Below are positions 40,314-57,500 of a stretch of DNA of 64,000 nucleotides, piece by piece (position 1 is the stretch's first letter; each line of letters starts with the position of its first letter). This DNA is from Camelus ferus. Lineage: Eukaryota. The notes below the pieces were generated by a model that saw only the letters and a program-made list of their open reading frames with translations, was not told the origin of the DNA and did no database searches. The position numbers and the translations under genes are program-made. The DNA lies in NCBI RefSeq assembly GCF_009834535.1, contig NC_045704.1, forward strand, positions 18,600,001 through 18,664,000. The letters are read 5' to 3'.

Positions 40314-40580
40314 TGTGATGGTCAGTTTTATGTGTTAACTTGGCCAGGCTACAGTCCCCAGTTATGTAATCAAACACTAATCAAATGATGCTGTGAAGGT
40401 ATTCTGTAAGTGTGATTAAAGTCTATAATCAGTTCACTTTTAGTAAAGGAGATTATCCTAGAAGATCTGGGGAGTCACTTGGGGGTGGGGGCTGATTCAG
40501 TCAGATAAATGGGCGGAGCTGTGGCTTCCCTTAAGAAGAAATTCTACATGTGGACAGCAGCATAAGTTAGCACCCAAGAG
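40314..40580 (+). mobile_element. MLT2 (ERVL) LTR fragment
   Basis: tgtgatggtcagttttatgtgttaacttggccaggctacagtccccagttat...gatgctgtgaaggtatt is the MLT2 5' end. Confidence 0.8.
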
Positions 40581-41903
40581 GCTTGTCCTATGTGCCTGGC
40601 ACTTCAAGGAAGGACACGGAAAAAGGGAAGGAACTCCTGAGATGTGTAGACACCCCGGCCCCCCCGCCGCCCCCCCCGGCTGGCCATTTCCCAGGATTCC
40701 AGTGTGAAGACTTGGGCTCTGGGTGAATCACAGGTCTCCATGGTCCCGGGTTTTCCTTGCAGATGTGGGGTCCAGGACAGGAGGCCTCTGGGCGGTGACA
40801 TGGGAACCAGGGCATAGAAGGTGTTGGGTGGGGCAGTCCCCCAACCTGGCTGAGTCACTTGAGCCTTTCACACCCCACCTCCCCAGCTGGGCCTGGCCTG
40901 GGAGCTCCACCCTGCACTTGCCCAGGCCTGAAGGCCATGGCTGAGCTCCCTGAAGCTCACTCTCAGGGAAGTGGGGAACCTGGTGGGGCACCCCCTCCCT
41001 GAAGCCCCCTCCCCAAGGTCTGCTTCCCGGAGCTGGGGCCCAGGCGCCTGGGTTCTTCCCCAGAGCTGATGAGTCACCCCTGCTGGGGCCTTTTCACTTC
41101 TCCTTTGGGGCTAAAAATACAGGGACCCAGGCATCCAGCTGGGCCAGGCTTCACCGCGGATTGCACAACGCCCCTAGGTCTGAGTGCTGCTGACGCAGGC
41201 CCTGGGTATGGGTGGGGGCCCAGGCTGGGTTGCTCCCCAACCAGGCATGCTGAGATCAGGGCCTAGACCCCTGTACTTCCCCTTTCCTGGGTCAAGCGCA
41301 CTGGGGGCTGGGCTGACATGAGAGGTGTGGGGATCCCTGGGTATGGCTGCAGCCCCTGCAAGTGAAGCTTCCTCCCTGAGCCCCAGGAAACCCAGAGGTT
41401 CTGGGTTCTGGTTCCCATTCTGGCCCCTGCATAGGCAAAGTCCCAGTCTGCTGAGGGGGCAGAAGACAGCAAAGGGTGACTAGGAGAGAGCTGGTCAGAT
41501 ATAGGGAGACAGGGACAAAAAGAGACTGAATGACACGAGACACACAGAACAGCTGGAAAAAGAGCAGACACAGAGAGCACCTCCAAACTGGGAGAGAATC
41601 AAGGAAGGATTGTGGGAGAGCGGCCCAGTCAGGGCTCCACACCCAGGCCAGGTAGGGGAAGAGCCTCTGGAAGAAGTCTGCAACAGGCGCCATCCAAAGT
41701 CCACCCTCTCAGCCAGGAAGGACAGACAGCCGGGAGGCAAGGCCCCGCCCTGCGTGCTCCCTGGCGACCTCTGCTGCCCCCTGCTGGCTCCGGCCGCAGG
41801 GCTCAGGCCGGAAGAAAAGTCAGAGACAAAGCTGCTTTGAGGCCACTCTTCATTCCCTCCCCAACCCCTCCCCACACTGCCTGCCCCTCCCAGCCCTGCC
41901 AGC

Positions 41904-44900
41904 TCACAGGGTGCCCCCGGGGCCCGTAGGTGGTGCAGGCGTCTTGCCTGTGACCTTGTTGGCGCAGTCCAACAGAGCAGTGTGAATGTCCTTGGCACAG
42001 GCAATCTGGGCTTTGATGACCGCCAGGTACTGCGGGTAGGGCAGGCTGTCAGGCTGCACAGCATCAGGCTTGGTGGCTGTGGGCACCAGTGTCGGAGAGT
42101 GCTTGGCACTGTCGCAACTCTGTGACAGGCACTCATGTGCCAGGCGCTGTGGAGGAGCAGGCAAGGTGTGACATCAGCCTCGCTCCGGGTACTGCCAACC
42201 CCACCCCAAGGGCCAGCCTAGGGTAACCTTTTTTGGCCTCTGGAATTTTCTGGGGTCTTGGGGTCAGAGCCTGGCCCTGCCAATCACTTGCTGGGTGACC
42301 TCAGGCATGTGGCTGCTCCTCTGAGCCGGTTTCTTCCTTTGGAAAATGGGTTTAATAACTACCTGTACTACTTCATAAGGTGAGAATGGGGAGAGCAGTA
42401 CATGAGACACAGATGCAGGTCCTGGCTCTTAAGTGCTAACTGATGAATGTCAGCTGCTATTACTGTCACTGTCCTGACCCCAGGTCTGGCATTGGCACTG
42501 GCTTCTCTGGTGGCACCTGCTCCTCCTCGTTTTCCTCTTACTTCTCTGGTTGGTCCTTCTAGGTACTTCCTAGTCTTCCTTCAATGTTCCAGTTCCCAGG
42601 TCCTGGGTCCTCCTCATTCTCACACCCTCTAGGGGCTGTCTCACCCACAAGCACCACTCAGTTCCCACCTCTGCACTGATGATACACATATGTGCGTCCA
42701 GCCTCCCCTAAAATCCCAGACCTTTCAGACTCTGCCCCTCAAGCCGCTCCTTTCCCTGGGTCCCAGTCCCAGGGATGGCCCTACCATTCCACGAGAGCCC
42801 TGGGCCACCTCCTGGAGACTCCTACCATAGTCTGTCAGTCCCATGGCCCTGTGCGCAAAGCCTTCTGAGAGTCTCTCCCATCTGCCCGTCCCCACTTCCT
42901 TAGGACCTGCCCTGCTGGAACCTAGCCCTCTTCAATCTTGCCATGGGCTCGCAGCCTCCAATTGCAGCCCCCCACCCAGAACCCACCCCTCATTTGGCAG
43001 CCAGAGTATGCGCATGTTCCTAAAAAAGCAAATGAGTCCATGTTCTTCCCTGCTTGAAACCCTCCATGGTTCCGCAGTGCCCTCAGGGCTACATTCAAAA
43101 TCCAACAAGCCCCAATGCCTACCACATTTCAGCCAGACCGAATGTTGTAATGTTCCTAAAGGGAACTTAAAACAGAAGCTGTTCCCTCTGGTTGGAACAC
43201 CCTTCTACCGCTACCAGGCTTCTCAAACTGACTTTTCCTTCAAATCCCAATTCAAAATAACGATGATGATGATGATACTAAGGGAAACATTTACCATGTG
43301 CCTAGTACAATGTTATGTGCTTTACATGCAGGATTGTGCTGAGTGTTCCCCCAAAATCCATTTTCCAAATTTTGGTTTCCAAAAGAGGAACCCAAGGCTC
43401 AGAGGTAGAGATTCACGGTCCCTCTGATTCCAGAGGCTGTGCTTTTAGCCATTTGCCCTCCCCTCAACTCCAGCCCCTCTTCCATTTTTGTTCCAGCCTC
43501 AGCTCAGATGTGCTCTCCACTAGTAGCCTATCCTGAGCCACTTCCTCCCAAACCCTACCCTAGGCAGGCTAAGGTGCCTTCTCTGGGCTTCCACAGCCCC
43601 CTGAACTTCCCTCATTTTAATCCTGACCCCTCTGCTTATGCCTCCCCATTCCCCATCCCATCCCTGACCCTTCTGCCTGTGCTTCCCCCGACATAGCCTC
43701 CATGACCTGAGATTCTCCCATCAGAGCCCTGACTACTCTGAGCTGACAATGTTTGAGGATATATTTGTCACCCCACTGAACTGGAAGCTCTGTGAGGGCA
43801 AGGCTCAGGCAACGCTATGTCCCCAGCATCAGAACAGGTCTGGGTCACAGGAGGTACTCAGTGAGCATGTGCTGATTGACTGAATTAAGGTTCCCAAAGC
43901 CCCAGGAACTAAGGCAGGGCTGTGGCCACTTGGTGTCTAGGAGGCCCCTTACCAGGCAGAGCTCTAGTTGATCACAGAGTGCATAGAACTCCTCCAGACA
44001 CTTGTCAAAGCGCTGTATGGGTCCGTCGCTGCTTTTCCTACAGTCCAGGAGAAGAAGGTGGGGAATGGATCGCCATCTCTGGGAAATACGTGACTACCCA
44101 ACCAAATATCCATCAAGAAACCAGGTATAGGCCCAGGAGACCCGAGGCAGGGCCTAGGGGACAGTTAATAGTACAAGGGACAAAACGGGCAAGGTCAGGC
44201 GCTAGGGAGCCAGGCTTGAAAATAAGCAAAAAACGGGGGTGAGTGGAGTGCAGGGGGGATGAGTTTCTAAGACTAGGATAGAGATAGGATTTCCTGGGGA
44301 AAGGAAAGTACTCACTGTCCGTTGTCAATGTTAGTGTTCTGAATCAAGTTCTGGGCTGCAACCTTCATCAAGGTCTAGTTACAAAAAAAGGTGTGGGAGA
44401 TGGAGAAACAGAAGAGGACACTTTTGGTAGACCTCACTCTTCCTTAAGATACAACCAATCTCTGACCTCCTCTTCACTTCGCACTTGCCCTCCTGTCACT
44501 CCAGAGAAACTCCCGCTTCCTTTTCTCTAGGGAAGTAACCACCCATATTTTTCCAGAGGCCCGCTCTCACCTGGGGTTCTCGCCAGTAACCTCCTGGACA
44601 TGGTTTAGAGACCTTCTTCACTCAGCAATCACGGTAAGTCTCTGTACAGGCAAGTCCTTTCCCCAGGCTTTAACCACCAGAGCTAGGTCGTTCTCTTTTA
44701 AACTCCCTCCCACTCGAATTCCTGTCAATCTCAGGCTCAAGACATCGCACTGTCACTCCACAGAGCATCACTTTGGTCTCACAAAGAGTACCAAGTTTCA
44801 CTCCTCTTTCCTGCCAAACGCTCCTTCTGCTCTCTCCCAGACTAAATAGCCCCTCCGCCCGCCCCAGCCAAGTCGGAAAGCCAAATCTGGGCCGCTTCTC

Positions 44901-45135
44901 GCAGCTCCTGGCCAATCACCTGCAGGCTCTCCTTCAGCTGCGGGATGAGCATCTTATAGCGCTGCACAGGATCGAAGTCCTGTTGCTGTTGCTGCAGAAG
45001 TCCGCTCTGGGTAGGCCCCACCAGCTGTGCCTGTGATTGCGGCTGCTGCTGGGGACCCGAGCCACCAGCCGAACCCTGACCCGACACACTAGCGGCAGAG
45101 GAAGCCGTTGAAGCCTGCTGCTGGGACGCAGCCAT
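41904..45135 (-). CDS. MED29: Mediator subunit 29, 200 aa. Exons 45135-44920, 44374-44316, 44037-43953, 42146-41904
   Basis: MAASQQQAS...DFDPVQRYKMLIPQLKESLQ|TLMKVAAQNLIQNTNIDNG|QKSSDGPIQRFDKCLEEFYALCDQLELCL|RLAHECLSQ...PTGPGGTL*; 603 nt. Candidate PAS (TTTATT on +) at 40250-40255. Confidence 0.98.
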
Positions 45136-45701
45136 CTTCCTCGCTTACGGCGCCGGACGTGCGTCACAAGTGCGTCTTCCCGGTTTCTTTTTAGCGTCTT
45201 CGTCTCTAGGCCCTGTTTGCTAGTTAGTTCCGCCTCCCAGAAACTTCAGTCAATGAGGGGAAAGAAACCGCCCTCCAACACTTGACTCTCAAATCCGACG
45301 TCCAGACTGAAATACCAATACACCAATCACAAGAAGCCTTTTCTGCTTTGTTCCGCCCTTTACGCAGCCGTTCGCCAATCCGGATGTAGATCCAATCAGA
45401 CTCTATTTCCCAGAAGGCCTCACGGCGTGAGGCGACCTGCGGTCTTCAGCGTCTTGGCGGCAGTTGGTGGAGCCGGACCTGGGAGTCAGTTCGTGGCGCT
45501 GCTTGCGCGTTTACCTGAATACTAAGTATTGCTCGTGTTACTGGAACTCTTCTCACCAGTACACCTTACTCTGACCCTATCCCTGAGGAGAGCGGCGCCA
45601 GCCCGAGCCTTGCCTCGGATTGGTCGTCCGGCACGCCCCTTTGCGTTTTCTTGTACTTTTTTTTAAGGCTCTCGTCTAGGGCTGCTCTTTTTTTCATCGT
45701 C
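45136..45701. promoter_or_regulatory. MED29/PAF1 head-to-head bidirectional CpG promoter
   Basis: Start codons are 567 nt apart on opposite strands. Four CCAAT boxes (45315, 45323, 45375, 45392) and ETS-like TTCCG motifs. Confidence 0.85.
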
Positions 45702-50321
<4,620 letters not shown>

Positions 50322-52391
50322 TAAGCCCAGACCAATAAACAAGTGAAACTCCAACAAATAAGTCTTCTCCAACAGTGAGAAAAACTATACAGTTACTCAA
50401 AGCTGATTCTGCCAGTGGGGCTGGGGATAGAAGGGTGAAATCATGGCAGAGGGGCCAGGGGGCAGGGAGGGGTGGGAGCGGATCAGGGTCCTGCCCATCA
50501 GAGTGAGGCCGCCTGCGTCCTGCACACTCTGCTGTCAGGTGGGGGGAGGGGGGCAGCTCTTGCCTCCCATTGTGTGTGGGGGTGTCCCTCACCACCTCCC
50601 AGTGCCAGGCAGACCCAGCTCACCCTGATGGGTAGTGAACAAGACAGGACTGGCTGGGAGGAGGTGAGGGTCTCTAAGAGGGACACCCTGCTGATACCAA
50701 ACGAGGTGGCCCCTGTCCATCCCACTTCCCCGGGCTAAGAGGAGGACTGGAGAAGCCCTGGGAGTTGGAGGGGAATGAGCAAAGGCACAGAAACATGGAG
50801 GAGCCGGGATGGGGGACTTGCATAGGTTGATGAGTGTGCAAGAGGTACATAAATAAACCTGACACCCCACCCAGCCCGGCACTGGGAGAGGAGGTGGGGA
50901 CCTAGAGCAGGTCCCCAGGGCCACCCTGCCCCCTGGCTTCCTCCCTCTCCTGGGCTTAGAGCTGAGGGAGGTCCAGACCAGGACAGGGGCAAGAAGTTCT
51001 GGGGAATGGGGGGAGAGTGCAGGGAGGGNNNNNNNNNNNNNNNNNNNNNNNNNNNNNNNNNNNNNNNNNNNNNNNNNNNNNNNNNNNNNNNNNNNNNNNN
51101 NNNNNNNNNNNNNNNNNNNNNNNNNNNNNNNNNNNNNNNNNNNNNNNNNNNNNNNNNNNNNNNNNNNNNNNNNNNNNNNNNNNNNNNNNNNNNNNNNNNN
51201 NNNNNNNNNNNNNNNTAAGGGGAAAGTTGGGGGGAGGAATAGGGGACCCTGGCTTCTCCACAGCCTGAACCCCCAAATCCCCTTCCCTCCACCTGGGCCC
51301 TAGCACAACCCCTCAGTAGGAACAGGGATCAGAGGGTCTGTGTAACTCCAGGGCTGGGACGAATCTCTGGGTTATGACATAGTGTTCCACTTAAGTGAGG
51401 TCATGGCAGAATGGCGGGGGATGGTGGGGGGAAGGTTGAAAGAAAAGGGAGTGGGAGTGGGGAAAGAAACCAAAAACCATCCCCTTTCCCTTATTCCTTA
51501 CCCCCAAGTCTTTTCAGCAACCAGACCTGAGAGTGGAGAAGGGTTTGTGTTGGTGGGGGAAGGGGATGTTAAGGCAACAGACTTCCTGACCTCACTGGCT
51601 GCCCTGGCTCCCCGCCTTCAACCTCTGCATCTAGGGAGCCAGGGCTGGGGGTAAGTGGGGAAGGGCTAGGGGGTATGAAGGAGGGGGCTCTGCCCTCTCC
51701 TCTTGTAAAATTTAGGCTCCCCCTGCCACTTTCTTGGCTCAGAGAGAGGCCTGGGGATTCTAAAAATGAGAGGGAATGATTAGAGAGAAAAACCGTTAAG
51801 AACTATATAAATATGTATCTTAAATAGGCCTAAGAAATTAATTGTAGAGAACCTCTGATAAACAGGGCAAGAGGAGGTGAGTGAGAGGAGGGTGGCTCCT
51901 GTCCTGGGGAATGATGGGAATGGGGAAGGAGAAGTGGGTGGGAAGGAGGGGAGGAGAGGGAGAGAGGGAGAGAGAGGGAGGGAGGGAGAGAGATAGGCAG
52001 ACACCCTCCTCCCCTCACCTGCCTTCTCAGCTCCTCTCTGACATTCAGGAGAGCAGGCTATGGACCCTGCTGTTCTCTCCCTAAATGTCAGATGGTTCTG
52101 AGCAGGCCCCACAAGATGGTGGGTCAGTGAGTCTCTAGAGGAGACTGTTTCCTTGGGAGGGGCAGGTGGCCGGTGGTTTGGAGGAGGCAGGGGTGGGATG
52201 GGGCCTGGTGGGGGATGAAAGAGGGAAGGAGAGGCAGGCAGGCTGCCCCCTATCCCTGCTCCCTGGGCCTCAGCAGAGATCCCTCAACGGGCCTGGGAGT
52301 GAGCAAGGCATGTGCCAATGTTAAACAAAAGTTAAAAGGGTGATAGAGTAGAAAAATATTAGAATGTATAGCTGAGCCAGCCCACCCTCTT

Positions 52392-52798
52392 NNNNNNNNN
52401 NNNNNNNNNNNNNNNNNNNNNNNNNNNNNNNNNNNNNNNNNNNNNNNNNNNNNNNNNNNNNNNNNNNNNNNNNNNNNNNNNNNNNNNNNNNNNNNNNNNN
52501 NNNNNNNNNNNNNNNNNNNNNNNNNNNNNNNNNNNNNNNNNNNNNNGAGGCCCAAGAAAAAGCGCTCAGGTAGCCTGTCATCCCAGTCAGGCCCTCCCTG
52601 GAGTCCAGCCTCCCCTAGGGACCCCTCAGGATGACTCTGAGTTGCTCAGTTCAGAGATNNNNNNNNNNNNNNNNNNNNNNNNNNNNNNNNNNNNNNNNNN
52701 NNNNNNNNNNNNNNNNNNNNNNNNNNNNNNNNNNNNNNNNNNNNNNNNNNNNNNNNNNNNNNNNNNNNNNNNNNNNNNNNNNNNNNNNNNNNNNNNNN
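52392..52798. other. Two N-runs (52392-52546, 52659-52798) at the expected positions of the last two SAMD4B coding exons
   Basis: On the minus strand each run is directly preceded by a pyrimidine tract (tttttcttgggcctc; ccattctcctttctcctacc). Confidence 0.65.
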
Positions 52799-54576
52799 GG
52801 TAGGAGAAAGGAGAATGGAAGCAGTAAGGACTAGATGGATGAAGAGCAGAGATGTGAAGACAAAGGCTTGAATGAGGGAGAGGCTGAGGGGCACAAAAGG
52901 GAAAGGGAGAGAGAGAAGAGACAAAAGGCAAGAGATGGAAACAGCAGAATGTGAGACATGCGCACACTCGGATGGAAGGTATGGCTGGGCAGAGATGAAG
53001 GACAGAGAGAGGCCTGGGTGTGTCACAAAGCAGGCAGATGACAAGGACAGAGGCTTGGTGACACAGAGAAAACCTGACCTGCAGACAAAGGAAGCGATGA
53101 AAAGCAGGGGGAGCTGCCTGGAGGCCACACGTTCACTGCACGTTCCCTCTGGCACAGTCTAGGCAGCTGCCCTGAGCACTGGGCAGCCCTATGCTCCCTG
53201 ATGACCTGCTCTGTACCTGGTGCAGAAGCTTCATTAGAACCCTTCCCACCCCACATGGACTTGCTCCTCTGGGCAGGATGTGCCTGAAGCAGACCTGCCA
53301 GGTGGGGCGAATGTGGACAGCAGCCATGGGGCTTGTCCTCATACTACCTCTCAAAGGGCCTCCTATTCAGCCCACCAGACCCCTGGGTAGCCCTAACCCC
53401 ATCTACTGCTTAAAACCCTTCCTGGGCTCCTCACTGCTTTGAGAGGAATGCTGATCTTTTTATGTGGGTATAGAAGATCTTGCTCTCACCCTCCAACCTC
53501 ACCTCTCACCACGTCTCCTCTGAATCCTGATCTCAGACCATGTTAGACCATCTACTTGTCTCTCCTTAATGAAAAAAATTTTTGACCTTGGGCAAGTCAC
53601 CTCACTGAGACTCAGACTCATCACTAATAAGATGGGAATAGAATCAGTGCCCTCACATGTGCAGTTGGGAGGATTTTTCAACAGTGCAGGAAAGCTGTCT
53701 GACACACAGTCCAGCACACAGCATACCAATAAAAAGAACTGGTCTAATTTTTCACTCCTGTAGTTCATCAATCCAGTCATTTAACATCATTTACAGATGT
53801 CTACCATATGCCAAGCCCTGTGCTAGAATGAACATGACTAACAGGGTCTTCTGCCTCCCAGAGATAGCAGTCTACATAATCTCATAAATTAAAAATCCCT
53901 AGTGATTTGGCTGTTTGTGACATTAAGAGCTTAGGGTCAAAGGCAAATCTAAGTTCTCTCCCCTTTCCAGACCAGCCTTATCTGCCTCTGCAGCCTCAGC
54001 ACCCAGCAGGAGGCCTGGCACAGGAAGTCACCTCTGTCTCATTGAGCAATGCAGGGCTAACACTTCTCTAACCTCTCCTTTGCCCACTTTGCCCTCATTC
54101 TGATCTCCCATCTCTAGGCTGGTCTGTGAGCAGAGAGAAAACAGCCCTTTCACTTCCAACAACCTTTAGTATAGAATCTGACCCAAGAGCTGAAGTCTAC
54201 TTCTGAAGCATGCCAGTGGACTGACAGGCAGGGCTCCCCTCCAAAGAAAACTCACTTTGTCTCATCCCCTCTACCCCTTCCAAGCTGAGTACTTAATGAT
54301 CCTTGAAAGAGATGGTGACAGAGACAAAAACACTAAGATTATGACACAGGGAGGGAGGTAGAGATAGGGCGGCGGGAATCAGGGATGCGAAGATTGGGGG
54401 CCAGGGGGAGAGGGAGAAGGGAGGAAGGTGGGGATGTGTGGGATGAACACAATGAGCTGAAGAGAGAGAAACACACACACACAACACATGCAAGGGATAG
54501 TTCGTACAAGACCCAGAACAGAAAAGAAAGGCCAGCTAGGGGTGTTGAGGCAGAGTCCCAAGGGTGGGCACCTTAC

Positions 54577-57500
54577 CTGGAGGGAACATGAGAATGGCCT
54601 GGGGCGATGAGTGGACTGGGAGCGAGTGGGTGCGCTGCACAGAGCTGCGGCTCTGGCTGGGCATGCTGTTGCTGCCTCCGGGGTTGGCGAACCACAGGTT
54701 CTGCATGGCCATGGGAGACAGAGAGAGCAGGGGGTGAGTGGGGAAGAGGCCCAGACTTAGAGTGGTAGAGTTGGCAAGGGAGTCCTCTTCCCTCTAAACT
54801 GGGCCCAGACACAAAGACAAGGACACACACATCTCAGGCACCACCACCCCAAAACCAGATGTGCCAGGCCCTCTCCTTCCAACCGGCTCACCTGTCGGCC
54901 CTGGCCCCCAAGGCTGGGGCTGGTGAGGGCATGTCGGGGGGAGATACCCCCAATGCCCGAGGGGCTCAGAAGGCCCATCCTACCAGGCGGAAGGGCCCGC
55001 GGAGGCATTGGGAACTGTCGCTGGGTCCGCCGGGCCACTCCCATCCCCACAGAGCCAGCTATGGGGAGTGAGTTGGAGCCAAATGCCCAGCTGTGAGAGA
55101 GCAGAAGGCAGGGTGTCAGTTTAGGTGGATGGGCCCCATCTCTTACTCATCTACCCCTATAACCCTCATGCGCGGGACAGAACACAGATCTACTCTGTCC
55201 AAGTCCCTGCACAGTACGTTCTGTCTCCTCCTGCCCCAAGGGTACTCCCAGGATGGAGACGGGGAGTGTACAAAGGTTTCCTAGAGTCCAATCAAAGCAG
55301 CTCTCCTAACTTTAGTTCTTAATATTTCTGTTATTTGAGAAGGGACTTCAGAGCACTCTGCACACAGGTGAGAACAAGGGACAGGCAAGGGGCGGCTATC
55401 AGGACATGCACTGGTTTTGCCAGCTCAGCACTCTGTTCTAGTGGTAGGAACACCCTGATTTTGTTTTCTTTTCTTTCTTTAAAAAAAATTTATTCAAGGT
55501 CTTCAGAGAGCAACATCCAGACTCCAGATCCAGCTGCCAGTAAGACCCTATTATGCTGTGGGTATTGGACACCCTGATTTTCTTATGGGAAAGTCTTCAC
55601 TGGGTGACTTGTATAAGGTCACCCAGCGACTGAATGAACAGAACCAATTCCCAGCCCATAACACAATCACCCCTCTAAGCACTATCTGTTAACCATCAAG
55701 GGTGTAGGGAAGGAAGGTCCCTGTGCCCTGGCCGCCTGCCCACCCTTTCTGCTGCCGGTAGTTCTGCATCTCTAGTGCGGCTTTGCGCGGGAAGGTCCGG
55801 AGGAGCTTCAGCACTTGCTGTTTCCAGGACAGCAGCCGTTTCTTCTGCGTCTCGGTGAAAGCCTAGAATCAGCGGGGGAAGGGGTGTGTGTGTGTGCTTC
55901 TTGCAGATCTGCTTTCTATCCATTTGCTCAAATATTTATCAACTGCCTGCCCTGTGCTGGGCAATGCTGGGACAAAGAGGTGACCTGTGCTCACAGAGCT
56001 TACAGTTTAGTTGGGGAGAAGACACATACACAATCATAACTGTGCTAAGTGCTGTGAGGAGAAGCATAGGAGGCATAAGAAACCTGATGTTATGAGGGCC
56101 GGTGAAGACATCCCTGAGATACAAACATCTGAACTGAGAGCTGAGGGACCAGTAGGAGGGAGGGGGGCTCAGCCTTCAGAGAAGATTATGTTTGAATCTG
56201 AGAAGGAGAGCTCAGGGCATCCACTGAACACAACATGGGGGCGATGAGGGCTGGAGAGGTGGGCGGGGCCAGCCAGGCAGGACACTGTTGGCCACATAAG
56301 GAATGTTGGTCTTGAGAGTGACTGGGCAGCCCTTCCCCTCTTGGAAGCCCTAGAGAAGGCCTTACCTCATGACTCAGGCACTTCTCGATGAGCTGGAGGT
56401 AACTGGTGATATTCTCCTCGTCTGGTCGGGACACCAGCAGCTGGGTGCACACTTGGGGACACGGGAAAGGGCAAGAGGTTAGCCCCCAGCATGCCCTCTG
56501 CCATGTTCCAGCTTCCCCAGCCACAGCTGGATGGCACAAAGAGTGGGTCAGGAAACTCATGCTCGGTAAGTTAAGTACTAGCTATGTGCCAAGCACTGTA
56601 CCTGGCTTATCATGAGACTATATAAAGTGCCAGTCATAGTGCCTGGCATAAGGCAGATACGAAGTCAATGACACCTTTTCTCCTTTTAACTCTTGCAACA
56701 GTCTCATCAGTGTAGGCATTTTTAGACTGAGGAGCCTGAGGCTCAGAGGGGTTGAGTCACTTGTCCCAGGTCACACAGCTGAAAGAATACAGACCCACGT
56801 GTAAAGTTGCCTATGCCATGCTGCTTTAAGAAAGGCCAAGCCCATTAAGAGCTTCACCATACCCAGCCGGTGGACTTCAGTTCCCTTTGAAAGAACCAAT
56901 AGATTTGCCTTATCTGTTCATTCTTTACTATATGCAGTTTCACTAACACACTGTCTCATCTTCTGCTCAGGATAGAGACACTTTTGAGGGTAAGGGCTGT
57001 CTCCTACCATCAGCTTGGACATACCTGAGGGCAGGGGCCTTGTCATCCTTAGTCTTAACCATTCTCTGCAGTGCTCTAGTCCCCAGGGTACTTTAAAAAG
57101 CTCTGCTCCCATCATTTAAATTAGATTTGACCCTTGATGCCTGGGTTCACTTGGCTCCCTGCCCCAGAATTTCCTATTGGGCCCTGTATGATCTCACCTT
57201 TGCCCATCACCCGTGTAAACTGGCTGGGGATGTCTCCGTCGGCGACGGGAGCTGGGGCTGGCTCACTACCATCAGTGGAAGCTGGAGCTGGTGGAGCAGG
57301 GTAGCTCTCTGCAGCTGGAGGGTCCTTGGCCTCACTGCCCTTGTCTGTGCTGGGGTGAGCCAGGGGAGGCTCAGCACCTGGCAGCGGTGGCTCCCCCCGG
57401 CCCCCATCCTTGACAGCAGGGGTGGTGGCAGCGGCAGCAGCCACAGTGGCCTGGAGGACACTGTAGGCTTTGATGGGGGTGATGATGATCTGCTGCAGCT

